A DNA stretch of 64,000 bases from Eledone cirrhosa (GCA_964016885.1 OZ024752.1:25978001-26042000), one strand, 5' to 3'. Numbered from the stretch's first letter, positions 1 through 16,155 are shown. A program made the numbers and translations. Notes: generated by a model from the sequence alone, not told the origin.

Positions 1-3000
1 ACCAACACCACCAACACAACCAACACCACCAACAAAACCACCAACAACACCACCAACACCACCAACACCACCAACAACACCACCAACACCACCAACACTA
101 CCAACAACACCCACAACACCAACAACACCACCAACACCACCAACACGACCAACACCACCAACAAAACCACCAACAACACCACCAACACCACCAACACCAC
201 CATCAACACCCACAACACCACCAACACCACCAACACAACCAACACCACCAACAACACCCACAACACCAACAACACAACCAACACCACCAACACGACCAAC
301 ACCACCAACAAAACCACCAACAACACCACCAACACCACCAACACCACCAACAACACCCACAACACCACCAACACCACCAACACCACCATCAACACCCACA
401 ACACCACCAACACCACCAACACAACCAACACCACCAACAACACCCACAACACCAACAACACCACCAACACCACCAACACAACCAACACCACCAACAAAAC
501 CACCAACAACACCACCAACACCACCAACACCACCATCAACACCCACAACACCACCAACACCACCAACACAACCAACACCACCAACAACACCAACAACACA
601 ACCAACACCACCAACACGACCAACACCACCAACAAAACCACCAACAACACCAACAACACCACCAACACCACCAACAACACCCACAACACCACCAACACCA
701 CCAACACCACCAACAACACCCACAACACCAACAACACCACCAACACCACCAACACGACCAACACCACCAACAAAACCACCAACAACACCACCAACACCAC
801 CATCAACACCCACAACACCACCAACACCACCAACACGACCAACACCACCAACAACACCCACAACACCAACAACACCACCAACACCACCAACACGACCAAC
901 ACCACCAACAAAACCACCAACAACACCACCAACACCACCAACACCACCATCAACACCCACAACACCACCAACACCACCAACACAACCAACACCACCAACA
1001 AAACCACCAACACCACCAACACCACCAACACAACCAACACCACCAACAAAACCACCAACAACACCACCAACACCACCAACACCACCAACACCACAAAACA
1101 ACCAACACCACCAACAACACCACCAACACCACCAACACCGCCAGCACAACCAACAGCACCAACAAAACCCACAACACCACCAACACCACCACCACCACCA
1201 ACAAAACCACCAACAACACCACCAACACCATCAACACCATCAAAAACAACACCAACAACACCACCAACACCATTACTACCACCAGCACAACTACCACCAA
1301 CACCACCACCAACACCATTACTACCACCAGCACAGCTACCACCAACACCACCACCACCAACACCAATACTACCACCACCAAAACTACCACCAACACCACC
1401 ACCAACACCAATACTACCACCAGCACAACTACCACCAACACCACCACCAACACCATTACTACCACCAGCACAGCTACCACCAACACCACCATCACCAACA
1501 CCAATACTACCACCACCAAAACTACCACCAACACCACCACTAACACCAATACTACCACCAGCACAACTACCACCAACACCACCACTAACACCAATACTAC
1601 CACCAGCACAACTACCACCAACACCAGCACCAACACCAATACTACCACCAGCACAACTACCACCAACACCACCACTAACACCAATACTACCACCAGCACA
1701 ACTACCACCAACACCACCACCAACACCATTACTACCACCAGCACAGCTACCACCAACACCACCACCACCAACACCAATACTACCACCACCAAAACTACCA
1801 CCAACACCACCACCAACACCAATACTACCACCAGCACAACTACCACCAACACCACCACAAACACCAATACTACCACCAGCACAACTATCAACAACACCAC
1901 CACCAACACCAATACTACAACCAGCACAACTACCACCAACACCACCACTAACACCAATACTACCACCAGCACAACTATCACCAACACCACCACCAACACC
2001 AATACTACAACCAGCACAACTACCACCAACACCACCACCAACACCAATACTACCACCAGCACAACTACCACCAACACCACCAACACCAAAACTACCACCA
2101 ACACCACTACCAACACCATTACTATCTCCAGCTCAACTATCACCAACACCACCACCAGCACAACTACCACCAACACCACCACTAACACCATTACTACCAC
2201 CAGCACAACTACCACCAACACCACCACCAACACCATTACTACCACCAGCACAACTACCACCAACACCACCACCAACACCATTACTACCACCAGCAAAACT
2301 AGCACCAACACCACCACCAACACCATTACTACCACCAGCACAACTACCACCAACACCACCACCAACACCATTACTACCACCAGCACAACTACCACCAACA
2401 CCACCACTAACACCAATACTACCACCAGCACAACTACCACCAACACCACCACCAACACCAATACTACCACCAGCACAACTACCACCAACACCACCACTAA
2501 CACCAATACTACCACCAGCACAACTACCACCAACACCACCACCAACACCATTACTACCACCAGCACAGCTACCACCAACACCACCACCACCAACACCAAT
2601 ACTACCACCACCAACACTACCACCAACACCACCACCAACACCAATACTACCACCAGCACAACTACCACCAACACCACCACCAACACCATTACTACCACCA
2701 GCACAACTACCACCAGCACAACTACCACCAACACCACCACCAACACCATTACTACCACCAGCACAACTACCACCAACACCACCACCAACACCAATACTAC
2801 CACCACCAAAACTACCACCAACACCACCACCAACACCAATACTACCACCAGCACAACTACCACCAACACCACCACTAACACCAATACTACCACCAGCACA
2901 ACTATCACCAACACCACCACCAACACCAATACTACCACCAGCACAACTACCACCAACGCCACCACCACCAACACCAATACTACCACCACCAAAACTACCA

Positions 3001-6000
3001 CCAACACCACCACTAACACCAATACTACCACCAGCACAACTACCACCAACACCACCACCAACACCATTACTACCACCAGCACAGCTACCACCAACACCAC
3101 CATCACCAACACCAATACTACCACCACCAAAACTACCACCAACACCACCACTAACACCAATACTACCACCAGCACAACTACCACCAACACCACCACTAAC
3201 ACCAATACTACCACCAGCACAACTACCACCAACACCACCACCAACACCAATACTACCACCAGCACAACTACCACCAACACCACCACTAACACCAATACTA
3301 CCACCAGCACAACTACCACCAACACCACCACCAACACCATTACTACCACCAGCACAGCTACCGCCAACACCACCACCACCAACACCAATACTACCACCAC
3401 CAACACTACCACCAACACCACCACCAACACCAATACTACCACCAGCACAACTACCACCAACACCACCACTAACACCAATACTACCACCAGCACGACTATC
3501 ACCAACACCACCACCAACACCATTACTACCACCAGCACAGCTACCACCAACACCACCACCACCAACACCAATACTACCACCACCAAAACTACCACCAACA
3601 CCACCACCAACACCAATACTACCACCAGCACAACTACCACCAACACCACCACTAACACCAATACTACCACCAGCACAACTATCACCAACACCACCACCAA
3701 CACCAATACTACAACCAGCACAACTACCACCAACAACACCACCAACACCAATACTAACACCAGCACAACTACCACCAACACCACCACTAACACCAATACT
3801 ACCACCAGCACAACTATCACCAACACCACCACCAACACCAATACTACAACCAGCACAACTACCACCAACACCACCACCAACACCAATACTACCACCAGCA
3901 CAACTACCACCAACACCACCAACACCAAAACTACCACCAACACCACTACCAACACCATTACTATCTCCAGCTCAACTATCACCAACACCACCACCAGCAC
4001 AACTACCACCAACACCACCACTAACACCATTACTACCACCAGCACAACTACCACCAACACCACCACCAACACCATTACTACCACCAGCACAACTACCATC
4101 AACACCACCACCAACACCATTACTACCACCAGCAAAACTAGCACCAACACCACCACCAACACCATTACTACCACCAGCACAACTACCACCAACACCACCA
4201 CCAACACCATTACTACCACCAGCACAACTACCACCAACACCACCACCAACACCATTACTACCACCAGCACAACTACCACCAGCACAACTACCACCAACAC
4301 CACCACCAACACCATTACTACCACCAGCACAACTACCACCAGCACAACTACCACCAACACCACCACCAACACCATTACTACCACCAGCACAACTACCACC
4401 AACACCACCGCCAACACCATTACTACCACCAGCACAACTACCACCAACACCACCACCAACACCAATACTACCACCAGCACAACTACCACCAACACCAATA
4501 CTACCACCAGCACAACTACCACCAACACCACCGCCAACACCATTACTACCACCAGCACAACTACCACCAACAACACCACCAACACCAATACTACCACCAG
4601 CACAACTACCACCAACACCACCACTAACACCAATACTACCACCAGCACAACTATCACCAACACCACCACCAACACCAATACTACAACCAGCACAACTACC
4701 ACCAACACCACCACCAACACCAATACTACCACCAGCACAACTACCACCAACACCACAAACACCAAAACTACCACCAACACCACTACCAACACCATTACTA
4801 TCTCCAGCTCAACTATCACCAACACCACCACCAGCACAACTACCACCAACACCACCACTAACACCATTACTACCACCAGCACAACTACCACCAACACCAC
4901 CACCAACACCATTACTAGCACCAGCACAACTACCACCAACACCACCACCAACACCATTACTACCACCAGCAAAACTAGCACCAACACCACCACCAACACC
5001 ATTACTACCACCAGCACAACTACCACCAACACCACCACTAACACCAATACTACCACCAGCACAACTATCACCAACACCACCACCAACACCAATACTACCA
5101 CCAGCACAACTACCACCAACGCCACCACCACCAACACCAATACTACCACCAGCACAACTACCACCAACACCACCACTAACACCAATACTACCACCAGCAC
5201 AACTATCACCAACACCACCACCAACACCAATACTACCACCAGCACAACTACCACCAACGCCACCACCACCAACACCAATACTACCACCACCAAAACTACC
5301 ACCAACACCACCACTAACACCAATACTACCACCAGCACAACTACCACCAACACCACCACCAACACCATTACTACCACCAGCACAGCTACCACCAACACCA
5401 CCATCACCAACACCAATACTACCACCACCAAAACTACCACCAACACCACCACTAACACCAATACTACCACCAGCACAACTACCACCAACACCACCACTAA
5501 CACCAATACTACCACCAGCACAACTACCACCAACACCACCACCAACACCAATACTACCACCAGCACAACTACCACCAACACCACCACTAACACCAATACT
5601 ACCACCAGCACAACTACCACCAACACCACCACCAACACCATTACTACCACCAGCACAGCTACCACCAACACCACCACCACCCACACCAATACTACCACCA
5701 CCAACACTACCACCAACACCACCACCAACACCAATACTACCACCAGCACAACTACCACCAACACCACCACTAACACCAATACTACCACCAGCACGACTAT
5801 CACCAACACCACCACCAACACCATTACTACCACCAGCACAGCTACCACCAACACCACCACCACCAACACCAATACTACCACCACCAAAACTACCACCAAC
5901 ACCACCACCAACACCAATACTACCACCAGCACAACTACCACCAACACCACCACTAACACCAATACTACCACCAGCACAACTATCACCAACACCACCACCA

Positions 6001-9000
6001 ACACCAATACTACAACCAGCACAACTACCACCAACAACACCACCAACACCAATACTAACACCAGCACAACTACCACCAACACCACCACTAACACCAATAC
6101 TACCACCAGCACAACTATCACCAACACCACCACCAACACCAATACTACAACCAGCACAACTACCACCAACACCACCACCAACACCAATACTACCACCAGC
6201 ACAACTACCACCAACACCACCAACACCAAAACTACCACCAACACCACTACCAACACCATTACTATCTCCAGCTCAACTATCACCAACACCACCACCAGCA
6301 CAACTACCACCAACACCACCACTAACACCATTACTACCACCAGCACAACTACCACCAACACCACCACCAACACCATTACTACCACCAGCACAACTACCAC
6401 CAACACCACCACCAACACCATTACTACCACCAGCAAAACTAGCACCAACACCACCACCAACACCATTACTACCACCAGCACAACTACCACCAACACCACC
6501 ACCAACACCATTACTACCACCAGCACAACTACCACCAACACCACCACCAACACCATTACTACCACCAGCACAACTACCACCAGCACAACTACCACCAACA
6601 CCACCACCAACACCATTACTACCACCAGCACAACTACCACCAACACCACCACCAACACCATTACTACCACCAGCACAACTAACACCAACACCACCGCCAA
6701 CACCATTACTACCACCAGCACAACTACCACCAACACCACCACCAACACCAATACTACCACCAGCACAACTACCACCAACACCAATACTACCACCAGCACA
6801 ACTACCACCAACACCACCGCCAACACCATTACTACCACCAGCACAACTACCACCAACACCACCACCAACACCAATACTACCACCAGCACAACTACCACCA
6901 ACACCAATACTACCACCAGCACAACTACCACCAACACCACTACCAACACCATTACTATCTCCAGCTCAACTATCACCAACACCACCACCAGCACAACTAC
7001 CACCAACACCACCACTAACACCATTACTACCACCAGCACAACTACCACCAACACCACCACCAACACCATTACTAGCACCAGCACAACTACCACCAACACC
7101 ACCACCAACACCATTACTACCACCAGCAAAACTAGCACCAACACCACCACCAACACCATTACTACCACCAGCACAACTACCACCAACACCACCACCAACA
7201 CCATTACTACCACCAGCACAACTACCACCAACACCACCACCAACACCATTACTACCACCAGCACAACTACCACCAGCACAACTACCACCAACACCACCAC
7301 CAACACCATTACTACCACCAGCACAACTACCACCAGCACAACTACCACCAACACCACCACCAACACCATTACTACCACCAGCACAACTACCACCAACACC
7401 ACCACCAACACCAATACTACCACCACCAAAACTACCACCAACACCACCACCAACACCAATACTACCACCAGCACAACTACCACCAACACCACCACTAACA
7501 CCAATACTACCACCAGCACAACTATCACCAACACCACCACCAACACCAATACTACCACCAGCACAACTACCACCAACACCACCATCACCAACACCAATAC
7601 TACCACCACCAAAACTACCACCAACACCACCACTAACACCAATACTACCACCAGCACAACTACCACCAACACCACAACTAACACCAATACTACCACCAGC
7701 ACAACTACCACCAACACCACCACCAACACCAATACTACCACCAGCACAACTACCACCAACACCACCACTAACACCAATACTACCACCAGCACAACTACCA
7801 CCAACACCACCACCAACACCATTACTACCACCAGCACAGCTACCACCAACACCACCACCACCAACACCAATACTACCACCACCAAAACTACCACCAACAC
7901 CACCACCAACACCAATACTACCACCAGCACAACTACCACCAACACCACCACTAACACCAATACTACCACCAGCACGACTATCACCAACACCACCACCAAC
8001 ACCATTACTACCACCAGCACAGCTACCACCAACACCACCACCACCAACACCAATACTACCACCACCAAAACTACTACCAACACCACCACCAACACCAATA
8101 CTACCACCAGCACAACTACCACCAACACTACCACTAACACCAATACTACCACCAGCACAACTATCACCAACACCACCACCAACACCAATACTACAACCAG
8201 CACAACTACCACCAACAACACCACCAACACCAATACTACCACCAGCACAACTACCACCAACACCACCACTAACACCAATACTACCACCAGCACAACTATC
8301 ACCAACACCACCACCAACACCAATACTACAACCAGCACAACTACCACCAACACCACCACCAACACCAATACTACCACCAGCACAACTACCACCAACACCA
8401 CCAACACCAAAACTACCACCAACACCACTACCAACACCATTACTATCTCCAGCTCAACTATCACCAACACCACCACCAGCACAACTACCACCAACACCAC
8501 CACTAACACCATTACTACCACCAGCACAACTACCACCAACACCACCACCAACACCATTACTACCACCAGCACAACTACCACCAACACCACCACCAACACC
8601 ATTACTACCACCAGCAAAACTAGCACCAACACCACCACCAACACCATTACTACCACCAGCACAACTACCACCAACACCACCACCAACACCATTACTACCA
8701 CCAGCACAACTACCATCAACACCACCACCAACACCATTACTACCACCAGCACAACTACCACCAGCACAACTACCACCAACACCACCACCAACACCATTAC
8801 TACCACCAGCACAACTACCACCAGCACAACTACCACCAACACCACCACCAACACCATTACTACCACCAGCACAACTACCACCAACACCACCGCCAACACC
8901 ATTACTACCACCAGCACAACTACCACCTACACCACCACCAACACCAATACTACCACCAGCACAACTACCACCAACACCAATACTACCACCAGCACAACTA

Positions 9001-9737
9001 CCACCAACACCACCGCCAACACCATTACTACCACCAGCACAACTACCACCAACACCACCACCAACACCATTACTACCACCAGCACAACTACCACCAACAC
9101 CAATACTACCACCAGCACAACTACCACCAACACCACCGCCAACACCATTACTACCACCAGCACAACTACCACCAACACCACCACCAACACCAATACTACC
9201 ACCAGCACAACTACCACCAACACCATTACTACCACCAGCACAACTACCACCAACACCAATACTACCACCAGCACAACTACCACCAACACCACCGCCAACA
9301 CCATTACTACCACCAGCACAACTACCACCAACACCACCACCAACACCATTACTACCACCAGCACAACTACCACCAGCACCAATACTACCACCAGCACAAC
9401 TACCACCAACACCACCGCCAACACCATTACTACCACCAGCACAACTACCACCAACACCACCACCAACACCATTACTACCACCAGCACAACTACCACCAAC
9501 ACCAATACTACCACCAGCACAACTACCACCAACACCACCGCCAACACCATTACTACCACCAGCACAACTACCACCAACACGATTACTACCACCAGCACAA
9601 CTACCACCAACACAACTACCACCAACACCACCAACACCACCACCAACACCATTACCACCATCAGCAAAACCAACACAGTAGCTAATAGCAACAACAACAA
9701 CAACAACAACAGCAATAACAACAACAACAAGAGATAA
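1..9737. repeat. Very long ACC/AAC triplet-based minisatellite; dominant 45-bp unit accaccaacaccattactaccaccagcacaactaccaccaacacc with higher-order blocks
   Basis: Tandem 45-bp unit with variants from ~1260; simpler ACC/AAC repeat 1-1260; ends in (AAC)n at ~9690-9730. The + frame reads Thr/Asn/Ser-rich with no start codon in the window. Confidence 0.95.
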
Positions 9738-9844
9738 TTTCAATTAATTTATTAGGTCTTCATAACATATAATTGAGTTTCCTGTAATTAAATTATGAAA
9801 AATAAATACAGCACTCTGACTGACACGAAACATCCACACACACG

Positions 9845-9926
<82 letters not shown>

Positions 9927-9969
9927 AGTGTGTGTGTATGCGTGTGTGTGTATTTGTGTACCTATATTC

Positions 9970-10003
<34 letters not shown>

Positions 10004-10022
10004 ATGCATATATATATATATG

Positions 10023-10053
<31 letters not shown>

Positions 10054-10769
10054 GTGTGCGCGTCCGGGTAAATGCGTGTGTGTATGTATGTATATATGTA
10101 TGTATATATGTATATATGTATGTATGTATGCATGTATGCATGTAATCAACCAAACAGAAATTACAGCGAAACGCACACACTATACATTTAAATAACACAA
10201 TACGCGCATACACACACACACCACACATACACATACATACACATACACCACACACACCACACCACACACATACATCCAACCAAAAACACGAATGGAGAGA
10301 CAGCCACAGCCATAAACACATACAAATATCTAAACAAAGTCACACACAAACAGATGGACAGTGAGAAAAAGATCTCCATACTGATATAACATTGTCTATA
10401 TAGAAAATACATATAGAATATTTATCTAGCGAGTGTATATAAATCTGATGGATATGGTCTGCTTATTTAATTATATAGTCGTTTATCGTTTATCAATTTA
10501 TTCAATTAGATTTTATTTCTATTCAGTAGATTATTATTGACAATCCAACCATTATTCTACCATGTATATATATATCTTATCGTTCTATTTTTATTATTTT
10601 CAATTTTTTTTCTTTTCTATAAAGAAGGCGCTGTGTTCTAACAAATAAGCAAAGGTCCGTTGCTGGAATTTCTATAATGACAACTCACGTAGATTATATA
10701 CATATATGTATATATATAAATATAAATATATGTATAAATTTACACACATATATATATATATATATATAA

Positions 10770-10932
10770 TAATTGTTTCTACTTTTGGCACAAGGCCAGC
10801 ATTTATCCAGTGTATTACTGGTACTTTATTTTATCGACCTCGGGATTTGAACTCAGAATGGCAAGGGCCGTAACTCTATGCATCAAAGCATGGCGTCCGA
10901 CCCTCTACCGATACTGCCAATCCACCGCCTTT
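10770..10932 (-). mobile_element. tRNA-derived SINE, family 1 (internally deleted copy)
   Basis: Matches other copies: ttgtttctacttttggcacaaggccagc...ttttatcgacc...gggatttgaactcag...ctgccaatccaccgcc; B-box-like GAGTTCAAATCC on the minus strand. Confidence 0.85.
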
Positions 10933-11774
10933 ATATATATAATAATAATACTATTTATAGTTATGTATATAGTATAAACAACTATAATCAGGAAGGTCAG
11001 TAATTTCCTACTACCTTATTACCAGTAAGAGAAATAGCTCAATGTATGAATATCAGTTGTTTTACAGAGCAGGAAAATAAATTTATTATTTATTATTATG
11101 AAATTATTATTTATTATTTATTTATTTATTTATTATTTATTTATATATATATATATATATAGGAAAAAGTATGACCCCGACGGCAGAGCTCAAGCCGTTT
11201 CGACGGCTATTTCTGGACATATATGTATATATATGTATGATGGCTGCCCCCTTGTTATCGAGTATAGACTTTGCACAATATACCATTATTAATAATTATT
11301 AATTAATTCTATCGTGCAATGCCTGTGCATCAATATATTTTTTAAAGTGAGGAAAGACTGTGCACTGAGCCAATCCCACTCTCTGAGCGACAGTAGCTAT
11401 AACCCGAAAAGAAGAAAAGATCAACATCATCGGTAACTACTGAGCTGCAGGTTTTGTATCGGAGTTATCCCAGTTTCCTGAGTTGCCTTCTCCTAGAAGA
11501 ATGCCCTGACAAAGGCTGGGGTCCTTCACTCCCAGTAGTTTAACGGCGCGATCGGGTGTCCAGTCCGACTTTTTCTATGTCCCCGCGCATATACATACAC
11601 ATGCACCCATGTATATACACATATACATATACATACATATGTACATGTGTATATACATATTTACACACTTGTGGATGGCCGTTGACTCTTATGAGTTCTG
11701 CCGCCCTTTGTATATATATATACATACACACACACACAGACACGCACACACGCACACACACACACATATATATC

Positions 11775-12076
11775 TAGGGCGGGTAAAATTCCCGAGATCC
11801 ATGGACGAGTTCTCTCCAGCGGTCTCTGTCCCTCATTATCGCTGCCATGTCCTGCGTCTCCAACAGACCAGTCAGTGTCTGTCCTTAAGGCATCAACATA
11901 CGTTAACCTTGGTCTTCCTCTTCCAGTGTGTCCATGTAGGGGCTCCCACAGGAGCACTGAGTGCAATGTCAACTCTGGATGTCGGTGAGCATGTCCAGCT
12001 AACCTCAGTCTCCTGTGTTACTTTTGAGCTTACTTTTGGGAGGCGCCCATACAGCTCTGAGTTTTTCATCCTCAGT
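11775..12076 (-). mobile_element. RTE-clade LINE 3' fragment (frameshifted)
   Basis: Minus frames give ELYGRLPKVSSKV / RRLRLAGH..RHPE / VLLWEPLHGHTGRGRPRLTYVD, typical of the RTE ORF C-terminus. Confidence 0.75.
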
Positions 12077-12391
12077 GTATATATGTATATATATATATAT
12101 TCATATATATATATATATAAACGGAAAAAATGAAACGAAATTTCATTTCTCACTATTAGTACGCGGCTGTTACTTAAATATAAGTATGTATACGTACATA
12201 CATATATGTATACAGACGTACAGTAGTATGTATATATATATATACATACATGCACACATATATATATATGTACGTATGGATTCACCGAACATTTATTATA
12301 ATGCTCGGTGTATTTGTAAACAAACATCCCGAATTAAGACGTACAGTGTCTAGCAACCATCGTTGCTCATTTGTTCAACACTGACAAAGGA

Positions 12392-12434
12392 ACGCTGTAC
12401 TAGTTTCAAGCTTATTAGCTATCGTCAGCAACGT
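12392..12434 (-). ncRNA. Minimal type I hammerhead ribozyme (inverted copy)
   Basis: Exact reverse complement of the motif at 12719-12761. Confidence 0.8.
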
Positions 12435-12718
12435 ATACCTTCCTGCCAGATGGTTGAACGTCTGAAAGTATATACTTTCCTTATGCATATTAACGGCCGA
12501 GCAGCCTAATTTGAATATCGAGTGAGTTAATCGGCCGGGGTACCGAAAACGATAAACGGAAAAAATGAAACGAAATTTCATTTCTCACTCTTAGTACGGC
12601 TGTTACTTAAATATAAGTATGTATACGTACATACATATCTGTATACAGACGTACAGCCGTTAATATGCATAAGGAAAGTATATACTTTCAGACGTTCAAC
12701 CATCTGGCAGGAAGGTAT

Positions 12719-12761
12719 ACGTTGCTGACGATAGCTAATAAGCTTGAAACTAGTACAGCGT
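12719..12761 (+). ncRNA. Minimal type I hammerhead ribozyme
   Basis: ACGUUG-CUGACGA-uAGCUaauaAGCUu-GAAA-CUAG-UA-CAGCGU: stem I ACGUUG/CAGCGU, palindromic stem III ACUAGU, GUA cleavage triplet. Confidence 0.85.
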
Positions 12762-13514
12762 TCCTTTGTCAGTGTTGAACAAATGAGCAACGATGGTTGC
12801 TAGACACTGTACGTCTTAATTCGGGATGTTTGTTTACAAACACACCGAGCATTATAATAAATGTTCGGTGAATCCATACGTACATATATATATGTGTGCA
12901 TGTATGTATATATATATATACAATTTACTGTACGCCTGTATACATATATGTGTGTACGTATACATACTTATATATATATATATATATTTGTTTTCTGCCC
13001 TCTTCACTGTATTACCTTATATTTATTTTTAAGTTGAGATTGATTTTGTTTGATTATCTTATTTTAACATCTTGTGTATCATACCAATCTATCCAACATA
13101 TTTCTGACCCTGAGATTGGTTATAGCACACACACACTTTATCCTACATTATTTTTCACTTCTCCATATTCATTTTCATTACTTTTTCACCAATTTTTCAT
13201 TTATTCTTTATTCTTTATTCTTTATTCTTTATTCTTTATTCTCTATTTATTTATTTTCTAATTATACGAATTATATTAATTATTTTATTATATTATTTAT
13301 TTTCTGTTTTCTTCATTTATTGCCTTATATTTCCTCATATACATGGAAGAACCATGAGAAGTGGCCCTTTGACACTGAAATTCGTTTGTTTGAATTCATA
13401 TGATTCAAGTTCCTCAGTGAAATAACAACGCAACCAGGAACTGGGCATATCAGAGTATTGACAAAATTATACACCTCAACAACATATGTACTTGTCTATA
13501 CCACACTAATTCAA

Positions 13515-13569
13515 ACTGCCTGAAGAGGTCACAGCCAAAGATGGCTGTCACTGAAATATATATAGCAGT
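13515..13569 (+). ncRNA. Minimal type I hammerhead ribozyme in a PLE-like 3' end
   Basis: ACUGC-CUGAAGA-GGUCACAGCCA aaga UGGCUGUCACU-GAAA-UAUAUA-UA-GCAGU: 5-bp stem I, 10 of 11 bp in stem II, followed by AATAAA at 13570. Confidence 0.85.
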
Positions 13570-14239
13570 AATAAACGAAGCTAAATTTTAAACATTTGAC
13601 TTTTTATTTAACTTTATTTTACATTACTCCGGAGTAACCAAACCAACCTGCGCACTTCGTCGAGTGCTCCAGCCTGCATACTAAGGTGTTGGTATATAAC
13701 CAACATATACTCAATATATATATATATATATATACCGTATATATACAGAAACGCAGTTGAAAACGTGTGGCGGTAGTTGTATTTCAGTTTCATTGTATCA
13801 TACATTGGGAACCTCTTAAATTGTTTAATGGCCTTTAAACGGATGCGAAGTTCCTATCGTACCAAATTATATATGCAACGATGAAGAGTCACAAGTTGAT
13901 ATATATATTTTTTTAAATCTGCAATATTATCAATTTTCCGCTTGCAGCTTGTATTTACAAGTGCAGATAAGCTAGTCAATTTCCCTGCCTGGAAATCCCA
14001 AGTTTTCCAGTCTACCACCCACAAATTTAGTAACATATCCAAGTGCACTAATGGTTATGGATACAAATGTAAATATATAATATAATCCGCAGAGATGTTA
14101 CAGATTTCGAAGCAGTTGTCTATAAACATTCTCTTTCCACTGATTTTGAAAGTGTTGTTCAGTTCTACACGCTCGCTAACATTTTACATTGGAAGTTTAT
14201 ATGTATAATGCATTAGTGTATCTCAAGCAACATGTTTCA

Positions 14240-14436
14240 TATTGTAGAGTGTGTAGTTGTTTCAGATGTGTGCTGTTGAAAGCAATGTTAGGTAAACAGG
14301 AAAATGAGATAAAATAAAATAAAATAGAAGAAAACGTAAAATATATACCATGTTAAACACATTTTTATCTCGTTTTATTTTACTTTTCGTGCTTACCTAA
14401 CATTGCTTTGAACAGCACACAACTGCACGACTACAA
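14240..14436. repeat. Imperfect inverted repeat (MITE or fold-back remnant)
   Basis: gtgtgctgttgaaagcaatgttaggtaa (~14268) versus ttacctaacattgctttgaacagcacac (~14393-14421). Confidence 0.6.
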
Positions 14437-14915
14437 AACCTACAGCACGTACATATATATCATAATTGTAGTTTTTTGTAGGATTATTGAAGTTCTTTTT
14501 TGCGGAATTTATACCAAACTCTCATGGAATTTATACCAACTCTTTGCGTATATGGGAATGGGTTAGTGTGTAGCTATCTATTTATTTTCAATGGCTGGTA
14601 AAGCTTTACCGGCGCCACTCGAGTAAAGTAATTATTTAACCAATAAATTGGGCCCTAAAAGGTACTACTGCTCTGGGCTAGAGCAGACCTGGGAGTGATA
14701 ACAACTAAGGAGTAACTCTAAATTCCCCACAGCTCTGGAACTGGAGCCTTGCAACTGGATTCAGTTTAATGTCATACCCATTTATAGATGTAGGTACTTG
14801 CAGTCTTGTATATGAGCGGACATATTTCTTTGATACACTAGTATTTGTGTGTATGTGCATGGCTACTGTGTGTGTGGGGTGTTTGTGTGCGTGTGTGCAA
14901 TATATATATATATAT

Positions 14916-15195
14916 GAAATGAGATTAATATCCCAACAGGTACTAAGTACCCACGGAAATATATAGGGTGTCTATACTACAGTTGTTGTTCAATGGTATT
15001 AATTTTAGATACCAGGACTATAAAATTGAGATGAGTGGAACAAGCAAACATTAAACAATCTTTTAAATAAATTAAAATACGATTTAAATATTCACCTGTC
15101 TAAAATGCTATTACCGACGGTTTCTCTTCACAAATTTAAATCGTATTTTAATTTATTAAAAAGATTGTTTAATGTTTGCTTTTTCCACTCATCTC

Positions 15196-15200
<5 letters not shown>
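14916..15200. mobile_element. Fold-back element with one-sided tail in (TA)n
   Basis: Arms ~15023-15089 and ~15133-15200 are near-perfect reverse complements; ~105-nt tail on the left arm only. Confidence 0.75.
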
Positions 15201-15240
<40 letters not shown>

Positions 15241-15767
15241 CAATGAGTTATTTTATTTGTTAGTTATTCAACAAATTGAGTTTATAACAGATTAGAAGCA
15301 CTCTACAATTTTCTTCTGGAGTATAATACAAAAGTTGTTTTACAGATAGTGACATATTCAAGTTTGAATAGGGCTATTCAAACAGAACTCAAAACGCTAA
15401 GTTGTTTCTTGGAAAAGATCAATATTTCTAAGATTCTTAATTTAAATATGTAGTCATGATATTTGGTTAGAAAATGAAATCTGTAACCAAGGATACAAGA
15501 GGTGTAAGTTCCTCATTAGTTCACCATAAATGTTCTATATTCCCCCACTGACCTTAGATGATAAGTTCACATCCGCTGAGCAGCTGACCTCTACAACAAC
15601 CCACAAATGTTGTTCTTTGTACCATCGAACAATATCAGGTCTAATGATTGTTTAACTGGAATGTTCCAGCGTTATTCCCTATGTTAAAAGGTTTGGATAC
15701 ATACTCTCGTTCTGGTGTGGCTTTTATACGACCGCCAGAACAAGCTTTCCTACAAATAACATTGTAA

Positions 15768-16155
15768 ATAATTGTTTCTACTTTTGGCACAAGGCCAGCA
15801 ATTACCCCAGTGCATTACTGGTACTTTATTTTATCGACCCCATAAGGATGAAAGGCAAAGTTGACCTCGGCGGGATTTGAACTCAGATCATAAAGGGCCG
15901 TAACTCTATGCGGCAAAGCATGGTGTCTGACCCTCTACTGATACTGCAAATCTACCATTGTAAATAATTGTTTCTACTTTTGGCACAAGGCCAGCAATTA
16001 TTCCAGTGCATTACTGGTACTTTATTTTATCGGCCCCGTAAGGATGAAAGGCAATGTTAACCTCGGCGGGATTCGAACTCAGACCGTAAAGGGACGTAAC
16101 TCTATGCGACAAAGCATGGTGTCCGACCCTCTACTGATACTGCCAATCCGCCATT
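15768..16155 (-). mobile_element. Two tandem SINE family 1 copies
   Basis: Two ~195-bp units containing ttttatcgaccccgtaaggatgaaaggcaaagttgacctcggcgggatttgaactcag. The core resembles the Meta-domain SINE core as recalled; not verified. Confidence 0.88.

Larger units (their letters stand above)
12121..12968. mobile_element. Hammerhead-bearing fold-back element with 435-bp tandem periodicity (retrozyme/PLE-like)
   Basis: 12121-12222 is directly repeated at 12556-12655; ~12180-12497 is inverted at ~12655-12968; (TA)n on both flanks. Confidence 0.8.

Noticed and set aside
950-9743. Minus-strand Val/Leu-rich (2658 aa) and Gly-rich ORFs
   Set aside because: They are a consequence of the triplet repeat; there is no domain content or plausible protein composition.
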